Below, piece after piece: positions 18,244 through 26,435 of a stretch of 64,000 nucleotides of DNA; within the stretch, counting starts at the first letter, position 1; each line of letters opens with the position of its first letter. The position numbers and the translations under genes were made by a program. Source of the DNA: Flavobacteriales bacterium (lineage in GTDB: Bacteria; Bacteroidota; Bacteroidia; Flavobacteriales_D; Crocinitomicaceae); contig CANJLG010000008.1 in the NCBI GenBank assembly GCA_947475095.1, forward strand, positions 21,001 to 85,000, written 5' to 3'. The notes under the pieces are model-generated. The model was not told the DNA's origin. It worked only from the letters and a program-made list of their open reading frames with translations, and made no database searches.

Positions 18244-19743
18244 ATGAATAGACAAAGCGTCCTTTTTATATTGAGTTTGTCTGTTTTTTTAATCTCTTTA
18301 TCTTTTCTTTGGCCGAGCGAAGGAGTTATGATTGGCAAACTAAATCTCGTATTTATAGATGGAGGTGGGTTGTTTAGCAAAGAAAAAAATAAATTCAAAG
18401 ATTCCGGTCTTATAAAGACTTCTTTGTCTGCTAATATTAATTCGAAAGACTATCTTAAATTAATAGAACATAAAGATCCTAGCGCAGCATCCTTGCGCCA
18501 GAAATTAGATAGTCTTCGTGATAGATTAAATTTAAAACTGACTGAATCAGATTATAAAGAATCAATATTCTTAATTAATCCAGTGAAAAATAACACAAGT
18601 CCATTGGATAATTTTTTTAAGTCTTTAGTGGATATTAACCTTGTTGGGTCTGGAGTAATGCGTGTTGGGCACTATGGAGACTCTCAAATTGAAGGCGGTC
18701 GTATGACTAACACCTTGAGAGATTTGTTTCAGGGGTATTTTGGTGGTGGCGGTGTGGGCTATGTGCCCTTGGACGACATAACCAGTCCTGTCTCCTTCTC
18801 AAGAACGGTCTCGGGTAATTGGACTCGCTTCGCAGCAAGTAAAGGCCGGCCTAAAGGGGGGAGCTTGGGGCCGGGAGGGCTAGCATTCAAATATAACTCA
18901 GGACAAAACCAAACTAAAAAAATAACGGATGAATCAGGCGCGGCGAATTTTACCTCATGGGCTTCTGGAAATGTCACTTTGAATTTATCAAAATCATATT
19001 CCAACATGATGATTTGGTATGGTTACGGACAAACAAACTCGACCCTTAGCGTTTTTTCCGGAAGCAACAAAATTGGGGAGGTCAAGTTAGAAGATAATAG
19101 CGTTTTTAATGCTGTTAAGGTGCCATTATCTACTTCCGCTACTAATATACAATTGCGTTTTAGTGGACCATCTCCCTTTTTATATGGCGCCACTTTTGAT
19201 GAATCGAAGGGGGTGCAATTTGATAATTATGGGGTGAGGGGGCATTCGGGAGAGGGATTCCTAACTATAAATCAAGACGATCTTTCTGGCATGTTTCAGA
19301 AAATAAATAATAAACTGGCCATCGTTCAGTTTGGGGGTAATGTAACTCCTTATTTAAAGACCGAGGCATCCCTCAAAAAAATGAAGGGTATTTATCAAAA
19401 TATTTATCTTCGGTTTAAGAAAGCGTTGCCCGAAGGAAGTGTATTAATAGTAAGTGTTAATGATGTTTCTAGATTTATAAAAGGGGGGTATGAATCATAT
19501 CCAAATATTAGTTCTCTAAGATATATTCAAAGAGAATTAGCAATCGAAAATAATTGTGCATTCTTTGATTTGTTTCAATTTATGGGCGGAGAATCCTCTA
19601 TTAATGTTTGGAGCGAAGCAAATTTAGGCGCTAAGGATGGCCATTTTTCAACAACTGGTAGAGATATTGTTGCTAAAGAACTCTTTAAAGCTTTAATGTA
19701 CGAATTCAACAATTACAAAACTAGGCATGTTATTAAAGAATAA
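18244..19743 (+). CDS. N-terminally membrane-anchored SGNH/GDSL-like acyltransferase or esterase (DltD/PatB/AlgJ-like role)
   Basis: Single N-terminal TM FILSLSVFLISLSFLW. Block I GHYGDSQIEGG. C-terminal Asp/His region GAKDGHFSTTG. Confidence 0.6.
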   Translation: MNRQSVLFILSLSVFLISLSFLWPSEGVMIGKLNLVFIDGGGLFSKEKNKFKDSGLIKTSLSANINSKDYLKLIEHKDPSAASLRQKLDSLRDRLNLKLTESDYKESIFLINPVKNNTSPLDNFFKSLVDINLVGSGVMRVGHYGDSQIEGGRMTNTLRDLFQGYFGGGGVGYVPLDDITSPVSFSRTVSGNWTRFAASKGRPKGGSLGPGGLAFKYNSGQNQTKKITDESGAANFTSWASGNVTLNLSKSYSNMMIWYGYGQTNSTLSVFSGSNKIGEVKLEDNSVFNAVKVPLSTSATNIQLRFSGPSPFLYGATFDESKGVQFDNYGVRGHSGEGFLTINQDDLSGMFQKINNKLAIVQFGGNVTPYLKTEASLKKMKGIYQNIYLRFKKALPEGSVLIVSVNDVSRFIKGGYESYPNISSLRYIQRELAIENNCAFFDLFQFMGGESSINVWSEANLGAKDGHFSTTGRDIVAKELFKALMYEFNNYKTRHVIKE

Positions 19744-21319
19744 ATTAATTTTACTCTTCTTTCCTTTAACTTTAAGTGTCTGCTTTGCTCAACAGCAAGT
19801 GTCTGATACTGCATCCATAAATAAACTGGTTAAATATTCCGTTTCCCCCAATTTTGTTGACTTCAAAACAAATTATTTTGAATGGCAAAACTCTTCATCT
19901 GTTGGGGGTTTTTATGATAAATTGAAAAAAGGAGATAATGTAACAATCTTACATATCGGCGATTCTCACCTGCAATTCGATTTAGGAGCAGGAACGACAA
20001 GAAAAAGACTTCAGCAAGTATTTGGCAGTAGGGGGAGAGGGCTCGTTTTTCCTTATGCTGCTGCGGGAACGCATTCTACTTATGACTATTCAAGCGCTTC
20101 TTTTGGAAACTGGAGAAGCAATAAAAATGTCAGTAAGAACATTAGCTATAAACTTGGCGTCTCTGGTATCACTATAAATACACGAGATTCCCTTGCTGGA
20201 TTTTCGTTTTCTTTCTACAACAGTGACCTTCGAGAAGAAAAAATTAATTTAGCCGTCCTATTTTTTAAAAATACTGATTCTTCTTTTAATATTAAATACC
20301 GATTAAACAAAAATGATGATTGGATTTTTGTCAACGTTCATAATTCAACTAACAAAAATTGTGTGCAAATTCCTCTCGCAGCCTCTAAATTTGATCGTTA
20401 CTTTGAGTTACGCTGTGTTAAATCAGACTCTACACAAAAAGAATTTGAGTGTTCAGGTGTTTCTTTTGAATCAACAGAACAAAAAGGCGTTTTGTATCAT
20501 AGCGTTGGAATTAATGGGGCGCGAATTTTGAGCTTTTTGAAGCAGGAATTAAACGACGAGCAACTAAAAACTCTTAATCCCGATATTATTATTTTTGATC
20601 TGGCAGCAAATGATTTGGCTTTTGGGCCTTTTGATTCTATTGGTCTTAGCAAATCCCTTCTTCGTTCTTTAAACGTTATTCGAAGCTCATTGCCTAATGC
20701 TTCCATATTAATAGCAAATATTCAAGACATTAGTGTAAAAGAAAGGTCAGTAATCAATGGTTTATATTATTCTGCTTTTTTGAGAAAATTCTCAAAGACA
20801 AATCAGATTGCTTTTTATGATTACTATGACATTGCTGGGGGCAAAGGCTCAATAAATAAATGGCTTAAAGCCGGGCTTTGTAAATCGGACAAATGTCATT
20901 TATCTAAAAGTGGTTACATTTTGAAAGGAGAACTCTTTGCCAATGCTCTACTTAACTCTTTTGGAAATTATTTAATGCATCCAACTGATTCGTTATTGTT
21001 AATACGTAAGCCGATTGTCATCGAAATTATAATTAAAGATTCTCTGAATACTTCTGTCCTCGTTAGTAAAGAAACACCTATAAAAAAAGATGTTGTCGCA
21101 AAAGAGAAGGCGCCAGTAAAGCCTGTTACAGCAATCGTTAAGCCTGTTCCGGCACCCGTAAAACCCAAAAAACCAGAGCCGAAATACTATGTTGTAAAAA
21201 AAGGTGATAACTTATCACGAATAGCGAATAAATACAAGACGTCCGTAAAGGCACTTCAGCTTAAAAATAAATTAAAAACTGATTTTTTACAAATTGGTCA
21301 AAAGCTACTAATACCATGA
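19727..21319 (+). CDS. secreted SGNH/GDSL-like protein with Pro/Lys-rich linker and C-terminal LysM domain
   Basis: Signal peptide LILLFFPLTLSVCFAQQ. Block I ILHIGDSHLQFD. Block V SDKCHLSKSG (DxxH). Linker KAPVKPVTAIVKPVPAPVKPKKPEPK. LysM YYVVKKGDNLSRIANKYKTSVKALQLKNKL...IGQKLLIP. Confidence 0.7.
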   Translation: MLLKNKLILLFFPLTLSVCFAQQQVSDTASINKLVKYSVSPNFVDFKTNYFEWQNSSSVGGFYDKLKKGDNVTILHIGDSHLQFDLGAGTTRKRLQQVFGSRGRGLVFPYAAAGTHSTYDYSSASFGNWRSNKNVSKNISYKLGVSGITINTRDSLAGFSFSFYNSDLREEKINLAVLFFKNTDSSFNIKYRLNKNDDWIFVNVHNSTNKNCVQIPLAASKFDRYFELRCVKSDSTQKEFECSGVSFESTEQKGVLYHSVGINGARILSFLKQELNDEQLKTLNPDIIIFDLAANDLAFGPFDSIGLSKSLLRSLNVIRSSLPNASILIANIQDISVKERSVINGLYYSAFLRKFSKTNQIAFYDYYDIAGGKGSINKWLKAGLCKSDKCHLSKSGYILKGELFANALLNSFGNYLMHPTDSLLLIRKPIVIEIIIKDSLNTSVLVSKETPIKKDVVAKEKAPVKPVTAIVKPVPAPVKPKKPEPKYYVVKKGDNLSRIANKYKTSVKALQLKNKLKTDFLQIGQKLLIP

Positions 21320-22797
21320 ATATTGACTTCTTAATTTCAAGTTTAATGTATGACCCGAAAAATCCGATGTTATTTCAATCGGTATTATTTTTTGGTTCGT
21401 TTAGTATTTTCTACCTGATTTATTCCTTTTTTAATAACGAAGTAAAGGTTAGAAATGCTTTGCTTTTGGCATTTAGTTTATTCTTTTACTATAAAATAAG
21501 TGGCGGATTTGTTTTGGCGCTTATATTTATGGCTAGTGTAGACTATCTAGTTGCTAGAAATCTCCCTCATGCTAAAAGCGAAAGAAAAAAAATACTCCTG
21601 CTTTCCCTATCTCTTTTTATTAATGTTGGGGGATTACTCTTTTTTAAATACACTTATTTTTTCCTTGATGTATATAATTCCGTTTCAGGATCAACGGTTT
21701 CTTTGGCCATGAAAATAATTCAACCCATCGGAATAAGTTATTTCGTTTTCAAAAGCTTGGGCTATGTTCTTGATGTTAAACGGGAAATGATTGAAGAGCC
21801 TGAAAAAAATTATGCTAACTATTTATTGTACGTATCATTTTTTCCAAATATTCTTGCGGGACCAATATCAAAGGCTCGAGACCTCCTGCCTAAATTTAAA
21901 GAAAAAAGTGTGGTTGATAAAAAAATCATTAACGCTGCGGTATTTATGATAATAATTGGCCTTATTAAAAAAATTGCGATTGCAGATTATTTAGCTGCTA
22001 ATATGGTCGGGCGAGTGTTTGAAAGCCCTCAGTTTTTTTCGGGGGTTGACTTATTTATGGCTTGCTATGGAGGACTCATTCAATTGTTTTTTGATTTTTC
22101 AGGATATACAGACATTGTTGTAGGGCTTGCCTTATTGATGGGGTTTCAGATTAAAGGTAATTTTAATCAGCCATTTAAAGCAAAAAACATCACTGACTTT
22201 TGGAGGCGATGGCACATTTCTCTATATGAATGGTTGTCTGAATATATTTACCAACCCCTTGCTTTTATTTGGCGCAAGCAGAAATTGTTAGGCACCTTAA
22301 TGGCGGTTATTATCACCTTTTTAATTTCTGGTATTTGGCACGGCCCTAATTGGGTTTTTATTGTTTGGGGTAGCTTACATGGGCTGATGATTTGTTGGGA
22401 TGTGCTAACATCGAAATACAGAAGTAAACTCGCTACTTTAGGTGGGAAATATTATTCTTTTTTTAGTGTGTTCCTCACCTTTCACTTTATTGTTTTTTCA
22501 GCCGTCTTATTAAAATCTCCCTCTTTTAACTATACGATCGATTACTACAGCCAGCTGTTGACAACATTCGACCCCAAGATGCTCATTAAATGGTTTGAAA
22601 TATATTCATGGCCATTTGGGGTGATGCTTATTGGCCTCGCCCTGCAGTTCCTGCCTCTAAATTTCTATTCCAAACTTGAAAATGGTTTTGTAAAAACACC
22701 GCTAATTCTTTCGTCTATAATCCTTGTAATTATTATTTTTTCGCTTTACCAACTTTCGTACATGGAAGCGATGCCCTTTTTATATATTGTTTATTAG
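21316..22797 (+). CDS. MBOAT family membrane-bound O-acyltransferase (DltB/AlgI/PatA-like)
   Basis: Polytopic, 493 aa. FWRRWHISLYEWL and ISGIWHGPNW (conserved His) are typical AlgI/DltB signatures. ATGA overlap with the preceding gene. Confidence 0.8.
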   Translation: MNIDFLISSLMYDPKNPMLFQSVLFFGSFSIFYLIYSFFNNEVKVRNALLLAFSLFFYYKISGGFVLALIFMASVDYLVARNLPHAKSERKKILLLSLSLFINVGGLLFFKYTYFFLDVYNSVSGSTVSLAMKIIQPIGISYFVFKSLGYVLDVKREMIEEPEKNYANYLLYVSFFPNILAGPISKARDLLPKFKEKSVVDKKIINAAVFMIIIGLIKKIAIADYLAANMVGRVFESPQFFSGVDLFMACYGGLIQLFFDFSGYTDIVVGLALLMGFQIKGNFNQPFKAKNITDFWRRWHISLYEWLSEYIYQPLAFIWRKQKLLGTLMAVIITFLISGIWHGPNWVFIVWGSLHGLMICWDVLTSKYRSKLATLGGKYYSFFSVFLTFHFIVFSAVLLKSPSFNYTIDYYSQLLTTFDPKMLIKWFEIYSWPFGVMLIGLALQFLPLNFYSKLENGFVKTPLILSSIILVIIIFSLYQLSYMEAMPFLYIVY

Positions 22798-22888
22798 TTC
22801 TTAATTACGGCGGTTTTTAGTTCTGTTGAATGGATATATTTTGTTTGCTATAGTGCCTTTTTTTCTTAAAATAGATTAGTTTTGTGGC

Positions 22889-24337
22889 ATGAAACGCATT
22901 AAAATTAAGCATGTTTTAAGTAGTGATGGGAAAGAGCTCATTGGACAACGCATTACCGTTAAAGGCTGGGTAAGAGCTTTTAGAAGCAATCGATTTATTC
23001 AAATTAATGATGGCTCATGTTTGGCTAATATTCAAGCAGTGATTGATTTCGAAAAATACGATGGCGACATTATAAAGCAAATTACCACTGCTGCGGCAGT
23101 TTCTGTTTCTGGCTTATTAATCGCCTCTATCGGATCGGAGCAATCCCTTGAATTACAAGTGGAGGAAATAGAAATTCTTGGTGCTGCTCATCCTGATGAT
23201 GTGCAAAAAACAATCTTGCAACCAAAAAAACATAGCTTAGAATTATTAAGAGAACAGGCCCATTTAAGGTTTCGAACCAATACCTTTAGTGCTGTTTTTA
23301 GAATTCGCCATGCCGTAGCTTATGCTATACATCATTATTTTCACAGTAATGGATTTTTTTACCTCCACACACCCATTATTACAGGTTCCGATGCTGAGGG
23401 CGCAGGAGAGATGTTTAGAGTTTCTACTCTTGATCCTAAATCCCCCCCGCTAAACGAAGCTGGAGAAGTTGATTATAAACAAGACTTTTTTGGCAAGCCT
23501 GTTAACCTTACTGTTTCTGGACAATTAGAGGCAGAGCTTGCTGCCCTAGCACTTGGACAAGTATATACTTTTGGACCTACCTTTCGTGCCGAAAACTCAA
23601 ATACTTCGCGGCACCTTGCGGAATTTTGGATGATTGAACCTGAGGTGGCATTCAATGACCTGACTGATAACATGGACCTCACCGAAGATTTTCTGAAGTA
23701 TCTTTGCTCTTTTGTTGTTGAAAATTGCAAAGAGGATCTTTCCTTCCTCAACCTACGTGAACAACAAGAACAAAGTCAGAAACCCCTTAACGAACGTAAC
23801 GAGTTGAGCTTAGTTGAACGCTTGACCTTTGTTATTGAAAATCCTTTCAAAAGGCTTACATACTCAGAGGCAATTGAGGTGCTTTTAAATTCAAACCACC
23901 ACAAAAAGAAAAAATTTCAATATCCTATTGCGTGGGGAATTGACCTTCAAAGTGAACACGAACGTTATTTAGTTGAAAAAGAATTTAAGTGTCCTGTTAT
24001 ACTTTCTAATTATCCCGCTGAGATAAAAGCGTTTTACATGCGTCAAAATGACGACAATAAAACCGTTGCTGCTATGGATGTTTTATTTCCAGGTATTGGA
24101 GAAATCGTCGGTGGCTCTCAGCGCGAAGAACGATATGATGTTTTATTGGAGAAATGCAAGGCGTTTAAAATTCCGGAAGAGGAGCTGTGGTGGTACCTAC
24201 AAACGCGAAAATTAGGCACGGTACCCCATGCTGGTTTTGGCCTAGGATTTGAGCGCATGATTATGTTTGTCACCGGGATGACCAACATTAGAGATGTTAT
24301 TCCATTTCCGAGGACCCCATTAAATGCTTCTTTTTAA
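22889..24337 (+). CDS. asnS: asparagine--tRNA ligase
   Basis: Class II motifs FRAENSNTSRHLAEFWMIEPE and GFGLGFERM, plus an N-terminal OB-fold anticodon-binding region. Confidence 0.9.
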   Translation: MKRIKIKHVLSSDGKELIGQRITVKGWVRAFRSNRFIQINDGSCLANIQAVIDFEKYDGDIIKQITTAAAVSVSGLLIASIGSEQSLELQVEEIEILGAAHPDDVQKTILQPKKHSLELLREQAHLRFRTNTFSAVFRIRHAVAYAIHHYFHSNGFFYLHTPIITGSDAEGAGEMFRVSTLDPKSPPLNEAGEVDYKQDFFGKPVNLTVSGQLEAELAALALGQVYTFGPTFRAENSNTSRHLAEFWMIEPEVAFNDLTDNMDLTEDFLKYLCSFVVENCKEDLSFLNLREQQEQSQKPLNERNELSLVERLTFVIENPFKRLTYSEAIEVLLNSNHHKKKKFQYPIAWGIDLQSEHERYLVEKEFKCPVILSNYPAEIKAFYMRQNDDNKTVAAMDVLFPGIGEIVGGSQREERYDVLLEKCKAFKIPEEELWWYLQTRKLGTVPHAGFGLGFERMIMFVTGMTNIRDVIPFPRTPLNASF

Positions 24338-24341
24338 CATT

Positions 24342-25778
24342 ATGGCACTAAAGCAATATTTATCGCAAAAAACAGAACAGCGTTTATCGCCGCAACAAAT
24401 TCAATTAATGAAATTATTGCAGGTGCCAACACTAGAATTAGACCAGCGCATTAAACAGGAATTAGAAGAAAATCCTGCTCTTGAAGAAGGGACAGAATCT
24501 GACGATGATGATTTTGAGCAAGAAGATGACGAGGATGGAGACGAGGAGGAATTTGACATTTCAGATTATTTTGATGAGGATGTTGCCGACTACAAAACAC
24601 AAGCGAATAATACCTCCAAAGACGATGAAGAACGAGTCGTTCCATTATCAGGAGAAACAAGTTTTCAAGAAAAACTTAGTGAGCAACTACATTTAATTGC
24701 CCTTGACGACAACCAATTTCTCATTGCTGATATTTTAATCGGAAATCTCGACGAATCCGGTTATTTAAACAGAAATCTCAGCGCTTTAGTTGATGACCTT
24801 GCCTTTTCACTTAATGTCGAAACAACTGAAGCAGAGATTGAGGTTGTTCTTTTACTCCTTCAATCACTCGATCCTGCTGGCATTGGCGCGAGAAATTTAA
24901 GGGAGTGTTTATTAATTCAAATTAATCGACGGCAGGACAAATCATTATCACGACAAAGGGCTAAAATAATCTTAGAACTTTATTTTGAAGAATTTACAAA
25001 GAAACACTATGAGAAAATTGCTAAGAAATTAAACATTAGCGATCAAGAATTAAAATCATCAATAGATGAAATATTAAAATTAAACCCGAAACCTGGTGGG
25101 TCAACGAAAGATGCAGCAAAAAACCACCAACAGATTATCCCCGATTTTATTTTAGTAGAAAATGAAGGGGAACTAGAACTTACTCTTAATAGCCGTAATG
25201 CGCCTGAATTAAAAATTAGTAAAGAATACCAGAACATGTTGCGCTCTTATTCTGAGGGTGCTAAAACATCAAAAGCTGATAAACAAGCGGTAACCTTTGT
25301 AAAACACAAATTGGATAGTGCGCTTTGGTTTATTGACGCCATTAAACAAAGGCAACAAACGCTATTATTAACAATGAATGCCATCATGCGGTATCAAGAA
25401 GCCTTTTTTCTGGCTGGTGACGACACGAAGCTAAAACCTATGATATTAAAGGATATTGCAGAAATTGTTTCGCTGGATATTTCGACCGTATCACGAGTGG
25501 CAAATAGTAAATATGTGCAGACAAATTTTGGGGTTTTTTCATTAAAATATTTCTTCTCTGAATCTTTATCTACCGATTCAGGAGAAGAGGTGTCAACTAG
25601 GGAAGTGAAGCAAATTTTATTAGATGCTATAGAAAGTGAGGATAAGCGAAACCCTCTTCCAGACGAAAAACTCATGGCCCTATTAAACGAGAAAGGATAT
25701 AATATTGCGCGTAGGACTGTGGCTAAATACCGTGAACAGCTAAACCTTCCTGTAGCTCGTATGCGCAAGAAACTTTAA
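24342..25778 (+). CDS. rpoN: RNA polymerase sigma-54 factor
   Basis: N-terminal Gln/Leu-rich region LSPQQIQLMKLLQ, acidic region II, and C-terminal RpoN box ARRTVAKYREQL. Start moved to the second ATG (MALKQYL), 4 nt after the asnS stop. Confidence 0.9.
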   Translation: MALKQYLSQKTEQRLSPQQIQLMKLLQVPTLELDQRIKQELEENPALEEGTESDDDDFEQEDDEDGDEEEFDISDYFDEDVADYKTQANNTSKDDEERVVPLSGETSFQEKLSEQLHLIALDDNQFLIADILIGNLDESGYLNRNLSALVDDLAFSLNVETTEAEIEVVLLLLQSLDPAGIGARNLRECLLIQINRRQDKSLSRQRAKIILELYFEEFTKKHYEKIAKKLNISDQELKSSIDEILKLNPKPGGSTKDAAKNHQQIIPDFILVENEGELELTLNSRNAPELKISKEYQNMLRSYSEGAKTSKADKQAVTFVKHKLDSALWFIDAIKQRQQTLLLTMNAIMRYQEAFFLAGDDTKLKPMILKDIAEIVSLDISTVSRVANSKYVQTNFGVFSLKYFFSESLSTDSGEEVSTREVKQILLDAIESEDKRNPLPDEKLMALLNEKGYNIARRTVAKYREQLNLPVARMRKKL

Positions 25779-26428
25779 TGATGAAAATACTATCACACAT
25801 TTTGTCATGGGTTTTTTTACCCTTATTTATGCCTGTTTATGCATTACTAATTGGCCTATACTATCCTTCCAACCCCGTTCTTTATTCAGCATACACCATG
25901 TCTAATTTACCTGCTGAAGTAAAGTCTCAGTTGTTCTGGGTTTTTTTTATTTTCAGTTGCGCCGCTCCCGGAATTTCCTTTATAATGCTCCGTAATAAAA
26001 ACATTATCAATACGATAGATATGGAAAATGCAAAAGAAAGAAGCGTTCCATTAATTATCATGGTGGGGTATTGCGCCATCATGTATGCCTTGTTTTTGTA
26101 TAAAGCGCCAAATGGGGTGTTGCCCAAATATTTTTATGCTCTTCCTTTGTCGGGAATGCTCGTTGCAAGTTTGTTTCTGTGGATTAATCAAAGGATGAAG
26201 ATATCAATGCATGCTGGCGGAGGAGGTGTTTTATGCGGATTCCTTGTGGCTTTTTATAGTGTGCATAGTCCTGCGCCTTTACTGCTGATTATTGGCGCTT
26301 TCATCGTCTCCGGAATAACAATTTCTGCAAGATTATATTTAGAAAAACACCGCCCGATAGAAGTTTATTCCGGATGGCTGTTTGCTTTCTTTATAACGTT
26401 TTGTTGTAATTGGTTTTATCCTGGATAA
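25778..26428 (+). CDS. polytopic membrane protein, function unknown (weak PAP2-like motif remnants)
   Basis: About 6 TM helices. SMHAGGGG and SARLYLEKHRPIE loosely resemble PAP2 motifs SGH and SRxxxxxHxxxD. Its ATG shares one nt with the rpoN stop (TAATG). Confidence 0.35.
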   Translation: MMKILSHILSWVFLPLFMPVYALLIGLYYPSNPVLYSAYTMSNLPAEVKSQLFWVFFIFSCAAPGISFIMLRNKNIINTIDMENAKERSVPLIIMVGYCAIMYALFLYKAPNGVLPKYFYALPLSGMLVASLFLWINQRMKISMHAGGGGVLCGFLVAFYSVHSPAPLLLIIGAFIVSGITISARLYLEKHRPIEVYSGWLFAFFITFCCNWFYPG

Positions 26429-26435
26429 TTAACCA

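Noticed and set aside
22877-22884. Perfect Bacteroidota -7 box consensus TAnnTTTG (TAGTTTTG)
   Set aside because: It lies only 4 nt upstream of the asnS start codon, which would imply a TSS inside the ORF or a leaderless transcript. I found no matching -33 TTG at a sensible spacing, so it is left uncalled.
22885-22900. sigma-54 promoter-like GG-N10-GC element (tGGcatgaaacGCatt)
   Set aside because: It overlaps the asnS ATG (22889), so it cannot serve as a -24/-12 promoter for asnS. There is no downstream target and it matches only the dinucleotide spacing.
25394-25768. 124-aa ORF antisense to rpoN. Similar antisense or alternate-frame ORFs occur inside larger genes: 674..859, 2598..2964, 5450..5644, 7693..7887, 10919..11119, 12503..12733, 13295..14040, 15040..15408, 15486..15674, 16100..17141, 17409..17671, 18123..18398, 18759..19007, 20313..21168, 23473..23751, 24451..24696, 25043..25237, 25927..26127, 28327..29151, 29509..29694, 32112..32318, 32837..33073, 36441..36695, 37065..37316, 38626..38886, 40310..40573, 41063..41547, 41730..42866, 46605..46793, 49157..49360, 49997..50260, 51789..51974, 53123..53314, 53891..54316, 54531..54728, 55967..56236, 56629..56857, 57288..57473, 58255..58455, 62127..62324, 62816..63182
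   Set aside because: Each is fully or largely embedded in a longer ORF with clear family motifs. None has recognisable motifs of its own, and all are typical of random open frames in AT-rich DNA.
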